This document shows, in pieces, positions 10,436 to 20,055 of a stretch of DNA of 35,308 nt. The translations under genes were made by a program, and so were the position numbers. The notes under the pieces are model-generated. The model made no database searches, was not told the origin of the DNA, and was given only the letters and a program-made list of their open reading frames with translations. Source of the DNA: an uncultured Verrucomicrobiota bacterium (GTDB lineage: Bacteria; Verrucomicrobiota; Verrucomicrobiia; Limisphaerales; SXTU01); assembly GCA_903863315.1 (NCBI GenBank), contig CAIPBN010000374.1:1-35308 (forward strand). The letters are read 5' to 3'. Numbering within the stretch: position 1 is the first letter of the stretch; every line of letters begins with the position of its first letter.

Positions 10436-10499
10436 GGCCGGGATTCAACCCTGTGTAAGAAGCCGGTGCCGTCGCAACGGGTGGCGCGGCCGGATTCAT

Positions 10500-11759
<1,260 letters not shown>

Positions 11760-11816
11760 AAAACAAAAGGGGCAGCGCGGTGCTCAGGCCGGCTGCCCCG
11801 GAGATATCGCTGCCGC

Positions 11817-12059
11817 CTACTTCTTGTTGTCTTCGATGTAGCGGGTGACGTCGCCCACGCTGACGAGCTTCTCAGCCTCTTCGTCGGGGACTTCGATGCT
11901 GAATTCCTCTTCCAAAGCCATGATCAGCTCGACGGTGTCGAGCGAGTCAGCGCCCAGATCCTCAATGAACTTGGCTTCGGGGACGACCTGATCGGCGTTG
12001 ACGCCGAGTTGCTCGACGATGATGTCCTTGACCTTCTGCTCAATCGTTTTGTCAGCCAT
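11817..12059 (-). CDS. acpP: Acyl carrier protein
   Basis: 80-aa ORF with the phosphopantetheine attachment motif [11 protein letters not shown]. Confidence 0.96.
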   Translation of the reverse strand: MADKTIEQKVKDIIVEQLGVNADQVVPEAKFIEDLGADSLDTVELIMALEEEFSIEVPDEEAEKLVSVGDVTRYIEDNKK

Positions 12060-12228
12060 GTTCGTGTTCGTTTTGGTTGTTTGTCTGTAGGCGAGGGGCC
12101 GGGGGGCGTCAAGCCCTGTTTGGTTTGTCCGCCGCCGGATCCTAGCCCTTTACGGGCACTTGCTCCGCCACGGTTTACCGCAACGCGGCGGACTGTCTAA
12201 CGGCTGGCGCGCGAGGCGTCCAGAGTAT

Positions 12229-13413
12229 TTATTTTTCTGTTTCGGCCTCGGCGGCGAGTTCGCGGATCGCCTCCTTGAATTTGGGGATGCCCACGTCAAA
12301 GGCCGCAGCGATGGGCAGCACCGGGGTCTTGGTGACCCGGCGCTTGAAGCGCTTGAGGTTTTGCTCCGCAACGGGCTCGTCCATTTTGTTGGCCACCACC
12401 AGGCGGGGCTTGGCCAGCAATGCCGGGTCGTAGAGCTCCAGCTCCCGGAGGAGCTGCCGGTAGTCGTCCACAGGATCGCGCCCATCCGTGCCGGCCATGT
12501 CCAGCAGCAGCACCAACCCCTTGCACCGCACGATATGCCGCAGAAAGGCATGGCCTAGGCCGACATTTTCATGCGCGCCGGCGATGAGCCCTGGCACGTC
12601 GCAGACTGTCAGCCGGTGGAAATCCGCGTATTCCAAGATGCCTACCTGCGGCGTCAGCGTGGTGAAGGGGTAGGCCGCCACCCTCGGACGCGCCCGCGAG
12701 ATGGCGGTGAGCAAGGTGGATTTGCCAGCGTTGGGATAACCAATGAGGCCAATCTCAGCCACCATGCGGAGCTCGAAACGGTAATGCCCCTCCTCACCCG
12801 GCTCGCCCGGCTGAGCAAAGCGCGGGGCCTGCCGCCGGGCGGTGGCGAAGTTGCGGTTGCCCATCCCGCCTCGCCCGCCCTTGCAGAGCACGAATTCCTG
12901 CCCGTGAACGGTCAGATCAGCCACCAGTTCGGCGTCGTCCTCGGCCAAGATGGGGGCGTCTGGAGGTTCGCCGGCGAGGTCGATTTCCTCCGCCATGATG
13001 CTGCCGGAACGGCGGAGCAGCGGCCTTTTGGGCACCGGGATTAGCTCAGGTTTGGTGGTGGGTTGGGACAGCTCGGGCACTGGCACCTCCTCCTCCGGCA
13101 TGGGTTCCGCCGGCGTGGGCAGTTTCCAGACCAGCGTGCCGCAGGGGACTTTTATGATGAGATCCTTGCCAGCGTGGCCATCCATCCCCTTGCCCATCCC
13201 AAATTCGCCGTTTTCAGCCACCAAGCGCGGCACGTAGAACTGGGCGATCAAGTTGTTCAGGTCATTGCTGGCCTGGAGGATGACATTCCCTCCGCGCCCG
13301 CCATTGCCGCCGTCGGGTCCGCCCTTGGGCCGATAGGCCTCGCGGCAGAACGCGATGCAGCCCTTGCCGCCATGGCCGGCCCGGGCAAAAATTTTAACTT
13401 CATCTACGAACAT
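12229..13413 (-). CDS. obg: GTPase Obg/CgtA, carrying a Pro/Glu-rich insertion in the Obg fold
   Basis: Obg-fold glycine-rich motif GGPDGGNGGRGG, then G1 GYPNAGKST, DVPGLI and NKMD. The ATG at 13413 (MFVDEVKIF...) matches the canonical Obg N-terminus; the ORF-track start at 13428 is a TTG. Confidence 0.94.
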   Translation of the reverse strand: MFVDEVKIFARAGHGGKGCIAFCREAYRPKGGPDGGNGGRGGNVILQASNDLNNLIAQFYVPRLVAENGEFGMGKGMDGHAGKDLIIKVPCGTLVWKLPTPAEPMPEEEVPVPELSQPTTKPELIPVPKRPLLRRSGSIMAEEIDLAGEPPDAPILAEDDAELVADLTVHGQEFVLCKGGRGGMGNRNFATARRQAPRFAQPGEPGEEGHYRFELRMVAEIGLIGYPNAGKSTLLTAISRARPRVAAYPFTTLTPQVGILEYADFHRLTVCDVPGLIAGAHENVGLGHAFLRHIVRCKGLVLLLDMAGTDGRDPVDDYRQLLRELELYDPALLAKPRLVVANKMDEPVAEQNLKRFKRRVTKTPVLPIAAAFDVGIPKFKEAIRELAAEAETEK

Positions 13414-13510
13414 ACGATTTAGCGACAAGCAATGGACCCCAACAGCGCCCCACGAAATTCACGCCGGCAACAGGCCCCCGGGCTTGGCCGAAGCATTGGC
13501 CTGCCTGCCC

Positions 13511-13545
13511 AAAAACAAAAAAAGGGCGAGGCCCAAGCCTCGCCC
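13511..13545 (-). terminator. Rho-independent terminator downstream of rpmA
   Basis: The minus strand reads GGGCGAGGCTTGGGCCTCGCCC (13545..13524) followed by TTTTTTTGTTTTT (13523..13511). It sits between the rpmA stop (13568) and the obg start (13413). Confidence 0.8.
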
Positions 13546-13567
13546 GGAAAAACGTGCGCGGACGCCG

Positions 13568-13846
13568 TTAGTTCGCTGCCGCCACTGCCGGAGTGACCGG
13601 AGCGGGAGGCACGATGTTTACGCGGCGCTTGGCCTTCTCGAACTTCACGTGTCCATCCACGAGGGCGAACAGGGTCCAATCCCGGCCGGTGCCGACGTTC
13701 TGACCCGCGTTAAATTTGGAGCCGACCTGGCGGACGATGATGGTGCCGGCGGAGACGAACTCGCCGCCGAACCGCTTCACGCCACGGCGCTTGGAATTTG
13801 AATCGCGCCCGTTGCGGCTGCTGCCTTGACCTTTCTTGTGTGCCAT
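13568..13846 (-). CDS. rpmA: 50S ribosomal protein L27
   Basis: [28 protein letters not shown]... is the canonical L27 N-terminus. Confidence 0.97.
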   Translation of the reverse strand: MAHKKGQGSSRNGRDSNSKRRGVKRFGGEFVSAGTIIVRQVGSKFNAGQNVGTGRDWTLFALVDGHVKFEKAKRRVNIVPPAPVTPAVAAAN

Positions 13847-13887
13847 AAATTTCCTTCCGGCGGGGCTGGGGAACCAGCCGCGCGCGC

Positions 13888-14199
13888 TTAAGCTTTGATT
13901 TCCTTGATCTTGATGACGGTGAGATCCTGACGATGTCCGACCGTGCGGTGATAGCCCTTACGGCGCTTCATCTTGAAGGCGATGACCTTCTTGCCGCGCT
14001 TGTGCTCCACGACGTCGGCCACGACGCTCGCGGAAGCGACTGTTGGGTTGCCCACAGTGAGCTTGCCATCCGCATTGAGCAGCAACACGCGATCGAAAGT
14101 CACGGTCTGGCCGGCTTCCACAGCCAGCCGGTCAACTTCCAGGGTGTCGCCGGCGACGACACGATACTGTTTTCCGCACGCTTCTAAAACTGCATACAT
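13888..14199 (-). CDS. rplU: 50S ribosomal protein L21
   Basis: [14 protein letters not shown]... is the canonical L21 start. The ATG is at 14199; the ORF-track start at 14211 is a TTG four codons upstream. Confidence 0.95.
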   Translation of the reverse strand: MYAVLEACGKQYRVVAGDTLEVDRLAVEAGQTVTFDRVLLLNADGKLTVGNPTVASASVVADVVEHKRGKKVIAFKMKRRKGYHRTVGHRQDLTVIKIKEIKA

Positions 14200-14361
14200 A
14201 ATTTGTCCCAAAAAGGGACGCGCATAGGACCAGAAGGACAGGTAGGTGTCAACAGCACATTTCAGCCTGTGCGGTTGCCGCCCGGCAGCTCGGTGTCGAT
14301 CAAGGAAACTGGGAGGCTCTGCGGGCTTGGCACCGGTCTGCCTTGGGCTACGCTTCCGCAG

Positions 14362-15114
14362 GTGAAATTGATTTCATGGAACGTCAACGGCCTGCGTGCC
14401 GTGCTGAAGAAGAATTTTCTGACCTACCTCGCTGACGAAGCGCCGGATGTGCTCTGTCTCCAGGAAACCAAATGCACGCGGGACGATGTCGAGCAGCTCT
14501 GGCCGGCAGACTACACGACCTATTGGAACTCCGCCGAGAAGAAGGGCTACAGCGGCACGGCGATTTTCACGAAGACGCGCCCGCTCAAGGTCATCAACCA
14601 CATCGACATCGTCGAGCACGACCGCGAAGGCCGCGTCATCACCGCCGAGTATCCGGGCTTCTTCCTCGTGAACGTCTATGTGCCGAACTCGAAACGCGAG
14701 CTGACGCGCCTGCCGTATCGCCAGCAGTGGGACAAGGACTTTCTCGCCTACCTCAAGAAGCTGGAGCAGGCCAAGCCCGTCATCTGGTGCGGCGACTTGA
14801 ACGTGGCACACACGGAAATCGACCTCGCGAACCCGAAGGCCAACGTGAAGAACCACGGCTTCACGCCCGAGGAGCGCGCGGGCTTCGACGCCTTCGTGAA
14901 AGCCGGTTTCGTGGACACGTTCCGCGAATTCGAAAAGGGCGGCGGGCATTACACATGGTGGAGTCCGATGGGCGGCGCGCGCGCGCGGAACGTCGGGTGG
15001 CGGCTGGATTACTTCCTCCTCAGCGCCGCGCTCCGGCCCAAGCTCAAGTCCGCCTTCATCCGCAAGGAGGTGACGGGCAGCGACCATTGTCCGGTGGGAA
15101 TCGAACTGAGATAA
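14362..15114 (+). CDS. xth: Exodeoxyribonuclease III (AP endonuclease, EEP family)
   Basis: Motifs (V/M)KLISWNVNGLRA, LCLQETK, GDLNVAH and SDHCPV. The in-frame GTG at 14362 gives the canonical N-terminus; the 53-codon upstream extension is not conserved-looking and would cover the divergent rplU promoter region. Confidence 0.9.
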   Translation: MKLISWNVNGLRAVLKKNFLTYLADEAPDVLCLQETKCTRDDVEQLWPADYTTYWNSAEKKGYSGTAIFTKTRPLKVINHIDIVEHDREGRVITAEYPGFFLVNVYVPNSKRELTRLPYRQQWDKDFLAYLKKLEQAKPVIWCGDLNVAHTEIDLANPKANVKNHGFTPEERAGFDAFVKAGFVDTFREFEKGGGHYTWWSPMGGARARNVGWRLDYFLLSAALRPKLKSAFIRKEVTGSDHCPVGIELR

Positions 15115-15176
15115 GACTTCCGCCCGGGAGGTGCATTGATTGACGCCCACCCACCGCGCCGATACCTTCACGCCCC

Positions 15177-15569
15177 ATGATGGCTGGAACTGCAACGACA
15201 ACCGCGACGAATGCCCAACCGAGTTTCCGCGTGGGCGACGAGCGGCTGATCAAACTCACCGCCAACGCCGCGAAGAAGGTTTCCACGTTGCTCACCAAGC
15301 AAGGCCGCCCTGCGGGCGTGCTGCGCGTGGCCGTCATCGGCGGCGGCTGCTCCGGCCTGCAATACAAGATGGACTTGCAAGATCGTCCGCAGAACCGCGA
15401 CTTCCTCGTCGAAAGCGCGGGCGTGAAGGTGGTCGTGGACCCGAAGAGCGCCCTCTACGTGACCGGCAGCGAGCTAGACTACGTGGAGGCGCTGACCGAC
15501 GGCGGCTTCAAGGTGACGAACCCCAACGCCGCGACGAGCTGCTCATGCGGCGAGAGTTTCAGCGCGTGA
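15177..15569 (+). CDS. erpA: Iron-sulfur cluster insertion/carrier protein, A-type (IscA/ErpA/HesB family)
   Basis: 130-aa ORF. GCSGLQYKM plus the C-terminal SCSCGESF supply the three conserved A-type carrier cysteines. Confidence 0.9.
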   Translation: MMAGTATTTATNAQPSFRVGDERLIKLTANAAKKVSTLLTKQGRPAGVLRVAVIGGGCSGLQYKMDLQDRPQNRDFLVESAGVKVVVDPKSALYVTGSELDYVEALTDGGFKVTNPNAATSCSCGESFSA

Positions 15570-16183
15570 CCGACTCCTTCGCCCTGCTCGACGAACCGCG
15601 CCGACCTTGGCTGGATGCCACTGCGCTCAAGGCCAAGTTTCTCGCCCGCTCCGCCGAGGTGCATCCTGATCGTGTCCACAGCGCGCCTGAAGCCGAGCGC
15701 GCCGCCGCACAGGAGCGTTACACCGCGCTGAACGCCGCGTTCAACACGCTGCGGGAGCCGAAGGACCGCTTGCAGCATCTGCTCGAACTGGAGTCCGGCG
15801 CGAAGCCGGGGAACATCCAGTCCACGCCCGCCGAACTTACCGACCTGTTCTTCGAGGTGGGCCGCCTGTGCCGCGACGTGGATTTCTTTCTGCTGGAGAA
15901 AGGCCGCGCGAACTCGCCGTTGCTCAAGGTGAAGATGTTCCAGCGCGCAATGGACTGGACGAATCAGATCAACGCGCTGCAACAGCGGCTTAACGCGAAG
16001 CGCGGCGAGTTGGAATCGCAGGTGCAGGCGATGAACGAGACATGGGCAACGGCTCCCTTGGAGCCGGAGGCGCGGCGGGCCGCATTGCCGCTGCCGCGGC
16101 TGGAGCAGCTTTATCGGACGTTCAGCTTCCTCAGCCGGTGGACGGCGCAGTTGCAGGAGCGCGTGGTGCAACTGGCGTTCTGA
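15566..16183 (+). CDS. hscB: Fe-S cluster co-chaperone HscB-like J-domain protein
   Basis: The C-terminal part of ORF 15140..16183 aligns by eye with E. coli HscB: TDSFALLDEP vs MDYFTLFGLP, the HPD motif in EVHPDRV, and LNAAFNTLREPKDRLQHLL. The GTG at 15566 overlaps the erpA stop (GTGA). An alternative ATG lies at 15545. Confidence 0.75.
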   Translation: MTDSFALLDEPRRPWLDATALKAKFLARSAEVHPDRVHSAPEAERAAAQERYTALNAAFNTLREPKDRLQHLLELESGAKPGNIQSTPAELTDLFFEVGRLCRDVDFFLLEKGRANSPLLKVKMFQRAMDWTNQINALQQRLNAKRGELESQVQAMNETWATAPLEPEARRAALPLPRLEQLYRTFSFLSRWTAQLQERVVQLAF

Positions 16184-16190
16184 CTTTTAC

Positions 16191-16261
16191 CTCCTGCTCG
16201 TAATCCTGCTCCGCCGTCGGCCGATGGATTCCGAGGAGCAGGATTAAGATTATGAGCACGA
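16191..16261. repeat. Nested inverted/direct repeat element between hscB and clpP
   Basis: TAATCCTGCTCC (16201..16212) pairs perfectly with GGAGCAGGATTA (16235..16246). The loop contains the palindrome TCGGCCGA. The outer CTCCTGCTCG (16191..16200) pairs imperfectly with GAGCACGAGG (16252..16261). The 8-mer TCCTGCTC occurs twice on the left arm. Confidence 0.6.
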
Positions 16262-16316
16262 GGGGAAGCCCCGCCCTTGCACTCCACCCGACCGGGCGTT
16301 ACCGTCCGCCCCTTAA

Positions 16317-16958
16317 ATGAACGATCCAAAAAACAGCTTACTGGTGCCGATGGTCGTGGAACAGACCGGTCGCGGCGAGCGCGGCTACGACATCTACTCG
16401 CGGTTGCTGATCGACCGCATCGTCTTCCTCGGCACGCCGGTGGATGACATGGTGGCCAACGTCATCATCGCGCAGCTCCTCTTCCTCCAGATGAACGACC
16501 CGAAGAAGGACATTCATCTCTACATCAACTCGCCCGGCGGCAGCGTCACGGCGGGTCTTGCGATCTATGACACGATGCAGTTCATGACCTGCGACGTGAA
16601 CACCTACTGCATCGGGCAGGCGGCCAGCATGGGCGCGGTGCTGCTCTGCGGCGGCACGAAGGGCAAGCGCTACGCGCTGCCGAACGCGAACATCATGATT
16701 CACCAAGTGCTCGGTGGCGCGGAGGGCCAGGCCAGTGACGTGGAAATCCGCGTCAAATACATGCTCAAGCTCAAGCAGCGCCTCAACGAAATCATCGCCA
16801 AGCACACCGGCCAGCCCGTGGACGTGGTCGAGAAGGCCTGCGACCGCGACAACTTCATGTCCTCCGAGGAGGCGAAGGCCTTCGGGCTCGTGGATGAAGT
16901 CGTCGCCTCGCGGAAGCAAATTCCCGGGCTGCCCGAGAAGAGCAGCGTGGCCGCTTAA
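16317..16958 (+). CDS. clpP: ATP-dependent Clp protease proteolytic subunit
   Basis: 213-aa ORF. Catalytic Ser context GQAASMGA, His context IMIHQ, and YINSPGGSV. Confidence 0.97.
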   Translation: MNDPKNSLLVPMVVEQTGRGERGYDIYSRLLIDRIVFLGTPVDDMVANVIIAQLLFLQMNDPKKDIHLYINSPGGSVTAGLAIYDTMQFMTCDVNTYCIGQAASMGAVLLCGGTKGKRYALPNANIMIHQVLGGAEGQASDVEIRVKYMLKLKQRLNEIIAKHTGQPVDVVEKACDRDNFMSSEEAKAFGLVDEVVASRKQIPGLPEKSSVAA

Positions 16959-16984
16959 TTGATTCACACTTCATCGCTTTCGCC

Positions 16985-18247
16985 GTGGCTCGCCCGCACA
17001 ATCTCACGCTCTGCTCCTTCTGCGGCAAATCCCACGCCGAGGTGAAGAAGCTCATCGCCGGTCCCGGGGTCTATATCTGCGACAACTGCATCCACGTCTG
17101 CAAGGGCGTGCTCGACAAGGAACTTGCGGCGGACACCAAGCGCACCACGCCCAAGCTCAAAGTCCCCAAGCCGGCGGCCATCAAGCGCGAGCTGGATCAG
17201 CATTGCATCGGCCAGGAGCACGCCAAGCGGACGCTCGCGGTCGCCGTCCACAACCACTACAAGCGCATCATCCACGCCCAGAAAGGCGCGGCGGACGCCC
17301 GGCATGCCGACGTGGAGATTGAGAAGAGTAACATCCTTGTCATCGGCCCCACTGGCTGCGGCAAGACCCTGCTCGCCCGCACGCTGGCGCACATTCTCGA
17401 TGTGCCCTTTGCCATCGCCGACGCCACCACGCTCACCGAGGCCGGTTACGTGGGCGAGGACGTGGAGAACATCATCCTGCGCCTGCTCCAGGCCGCCGAT
17501 TATGATGTCGGCCGCGCGCAGGTCGGCATCGTCTATGTGGACGAAATCGACAAGATCGCGCGCAAGACCGAGAACGTCTCCATCACCCGTGACGTGTCCG
17601 GCGAGGGCGTGCAGCAGGCGCTGCTCAAGATGCTCGAAGGCACCGTCTGCAACGTTCCGCCCGCCGGCGGCCGCAAGCATCCGCATCAGGAATACATCAA
17701 GGTGGACACCACCAACATTCTGTTCATCTGTGGCGGCGCGTTTGTCGGGCTGGACAAGGTGATTCAGCGCCGGCTGGGCAACCGCGTGATGGGCTTCAGC
17801 GCGGCGCAGCACGCGCTTAGCTCCGTGGAGAAGCGCGAAGTGCTCGCGAAGGTTGAGCCGGAGGACTTGCTGGCGTTTGGCTACATCCCGGAGCTGATTG
17901 GCCGCCTGCCCATGGTCACGGTGTTGGAGGAGCTGACCGAGGAGCAGTTGATCAGCATCCTCACCGAGCCGCGCAACGCGCTGGTGAAACAGTTCAGCAA
18001 ACTGCTGTGGATGGAAGACGTGACGCTCGAGATCACGCCCGACGCACTGCACGAACTGGCCACGCAGGCCATCAAGAAGGGCACCGGCGCGCGCGCGCTG
18101 CGGGCGCTGCTGGAGAAGCTGATGCTCGATGTGATGTATGACATCCCCGGCGCGGACGATGTAGAGAAGGTGACGATTACCGCCGCCATCGTGCGTGGTG
18201 AAGCGCCGCCGCTGGTCCAGCGCAAGCCCGCGCAGGCGGCGGCGTGA
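16985..18247 (+). CDS. clpX: ATP-dependent Clp protease ATP-binding subunit ClpX
   Basis: 420-aa ORF with a GTG start. N-terminal zinc ribbon CSFCGK...CDNC, Walker A GPTGCGKT and Walker [10 protein letters not shown]. Confidence 0.97.
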   Translation: MARPHNLTLCSFCGKSHAEVKKLIAGPGVYICDNCIHVCKGVLDKELAADTKRTTPKLKVPKPAAIKRELDQHCIGQEHAKRTLAVAVHNHYKRIIHAQKGAADARHADVEIEKSNILVIGPTGCGKTLLARTLAHILDVPFAIADATTLTEAGYVGEDVENIILRLLQAADYDVGRAQVGIVYVDEIDKIARKTENVSITRDVSGEGVQQALLKMLEGTVCNVPPAGGRKHPHQEYIKVDTTNILFICGGAFVGLDKVIQRRLGNRVMGFSAAQHALSSVEKREVLAKVEPEDLLAFGYIPELIGRLPMVTVLEELTEEQLISILTEPRNALVKQFSKLLWMEDVTLEITPDALHELATQAIKKGTGARALRALLEKLMLDVMYDIPGADDVEKVTITAAIVRGEAPPLVQRKPAQAAA

Positions 18248-18315
18248 GCGCAATGGAGCGCGGACGCCCACGTCCGCAGCTTGCCCTCCCATCCCGGACA
18301 TCGGCGTCCGTGCTC

Positions 18316-20046
18316 CTAGCCCACCGGTAGCGTGATGGTGAAGGACGTCCCCTCGCCGGGCTTGGACTGAACTTTCACTTCGCCCCGGTGGGTTTCGATC
18401 ACGCGGGCCACAATCGCCAGTCCCAGTCCGGTGCCTTTCGCCTTGGTGGTTGCCAGCAGCGAGCTGAAGGCCTTTTTCTGCTGCTCCTCGGTCATGCCCG
18501 CGCCTGTGTCGGTGAATTCAATGGCCACATGGGTCGGCTCCTTGCGCGTGCGCGGCTGCCGGATCACGCGGGTGGTGACGGTGAGCCGGCCGCCCTTGGG
18601 CATGGCTTCCACGGCATTGAGCGTGAGGTTGAGAAAGGCCTGCTCCAACTGGGTGGCATCGGCCTGGACGGCGGGCAGGTGCGGGGCCAGGTCGCGCACG
18701 ATCTCCACCCGCTGCTGGCGGAGCTTGTGGCGGGTGAGCAGGCTCAGATCGTCGAGGAGTTGGTTCACGTTCACGGGCACGAGCTGCGGCTCGGTGCTGC
18801 GCGCGAAGTCGAGCACCTGCTCCACGACGCGGTTCAAGTGATCCATCTTCTCGCCCATGATCTTGGTGTCCTGCGTGCGCGGGTCGCCCGGGGGGAACTT
18901 CAAGTCGAGCGAGTGATAGAGCATTTTCATCACCGTCAGCGGGTTGCGAATCTCGTGCGCGACCTCGGCGGCGAGCAGGCCCAGCGCGGAGAGGCGCTCG
19001 TTCTGGCGGAGCAATTCCTCGACATCCACGATGCGCTCGTAGAGCCGCGCCTTCTCAATGGCGATGCCGGACAGCTCGGCCAGCGCGGCGAGGATGCGGA
19101 CTTCCTCATTCGAGAAGACATGCGGTTCGCCCTTGTAAACATTGAGCACGCCCAGCACCTGTCCGCCAAAGAGCAGCGGCACGCTCAGCAGCGCGACCAG
19201 CCCTTCCTGCCGTGCCAGCCGCACGTTCTGGTAACGGCCCGAGGTCTGGACGTTCTCGTCCTGCACCGGACGGCGGCGGCGGACCACGTTGCCAACGAGG
19301 CTTTCGGCCACGCTCAGGCGCGGGCGGGCTATGTAATCAGGGCCGGCCCCATGGCTGGCGCGCGACTCCAGCCACTCCTTGGACTCGTCCAGCAGCAGCA
19401 GGGAGGCCATGCGGGCGTCCATGAGCTGGCTGGCCTCGCGGGTGATGACCTGCAGGGCGTCGGCCAGGTTCAACGTGGAATTGATCGCCTGCCCCACGCT
19501 GGCCAGCGACTCGAAGAGCCGGGCCTTGAGGCGAAGTTGTTCGTAAAGCCAGGTGTTCTGGATGACTCGTGCCGCCTGGAGCGCAAGTTCCTGAAGCAAC
19601 GTCTGGTCTTCCGGCGTGAAGGCGTCGATACGGTCGGCATCCACGTTCAACACACCGCGCACCTCGTTGTTGAGCAGCAGTGGCACGGCGAGCTCTGAAC
19701 GCACTTCCGCGCGCAGCCGCACGTAACGCGGATCACGCGTCACATCGCCCACGCGGGCGGGCTGGCCGGTGCGCGCGACCCAGCCGGTGATGCCCACTCC
19801 CACGGGCAGCCGGCAGTCGGCCAGGTCCGGCGGCAGGCCGTAGGAGGCGTGGATTTCCACGTAGCGGGAGGTGGGGTTTACCAGCACGACCGAGCCACTG
19901 GCGGCGCGCATGAGCCGCACCGCCTCGCGCAGGATGAGTTGCAGCGCCTCCTGCGCATCGAGCGTGGAGTGAATGACATGCCCGACTTGGTTCAGCAGTT
20001 CGAGCCGCTCACAGCGGGCCCGGAGTTGTTCAAGTTCATCGTTCAT
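18316..20046 (-). CDS. Cytoplasmic sensor histidine kinase with two GAF domains
   Basis: 576-aa ORF with no TM segment. Two GAF-like regions are followed by the H-box AAEVAHEIRNPL, N-box LTLNAVEAM, G1 DTGAGM and G2 GTGLGLAIV. Confidence 0.9.
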   Translation of the reverse strand: MNDELEQLRARCERLELLNQVGHVIHSTLDAQEALQLILREAVRLMRAASGSVVLVNPTSRYVEIHASYGLPPDLADCRLPVGVGITGWVARTGQPARVGDVTRDPRYVRLRAEVRSELAVPLLLNNEVRGVLNVDADRIDAFTPEDQTLLQELALQAARVIQNTWLYEQLRLKARLFESLASVGQAINSTLNLADALQVITREASQLMDARMASLLLLDESKEWLESRASHGAGPDYIARPRLSVAESLVGNVVRRRRPVQDENVQTSGRYQNVRLARQEGLVALLSVPLLFGGQVLGVLNVYKGEPHVFSNEEVRILAALAELSGIAIEKARLYERIVDVEELLRQNERLSALGLLAAEVAHEIRNPLTVMKMLYHSLDLKFPPGDPRTQDTKIMGEKMDHLNRVVEQVLDFARSTEPQLVPVNVNQLLDDLSLLTRHKLRQQRVEIVRDLAPHLPAVQADATQLEQAFLNLTLNAVEAMPKGGRLTVTTRVIRQPRTRKEPTHVAIEFTDTGAGMTEEQQKKAFSSLLATTKAKGTGLGLAIVARVIETHRGEVKVQSKPGEGTSFTITLPVG

Positions 20047-20055
20047 GCGGGTCCC

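Noticed and set aside
10436-10499. A direct repeat GGCCGG(G)ATTCA...CAACCC next to the stop codons of the convergent pgi and fabF genes.
   Set aside because: It is short and imperfect, with no hairpin potential or T-tract. It is most simply coincidental similarity in a 64-nt convergent spacer.
14203-14361. A 53-codon N-terminal extension of the xth ORF.
   Set aside because: The canonical ExoIII N-terminus begins at the in-frame GTG at 14362. The extension is non-conserved-looking and would overlap the divergent rplU promoter region and start.
15140-15544. The N-terminal 135 codons of the 347-aa ORF that contains hscB.
   Set aside because: This part overlaps erpA in another frame, is Arg/Pro-rich and has no motifs. 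The HscB-like similarity begins only at about 15566.
18260-18310. Two small GC hairpins (GCGGACG-CCCA-CGTCCGC at 18260..18277, and CGGAC...GTCCG near 18295..18310) between the convergent clpX and kinase genes.
   Set aside because: They are plausible bidirectional terminator structures but lack T-tracts on either strand, so they are too weak to annotate as terminators.
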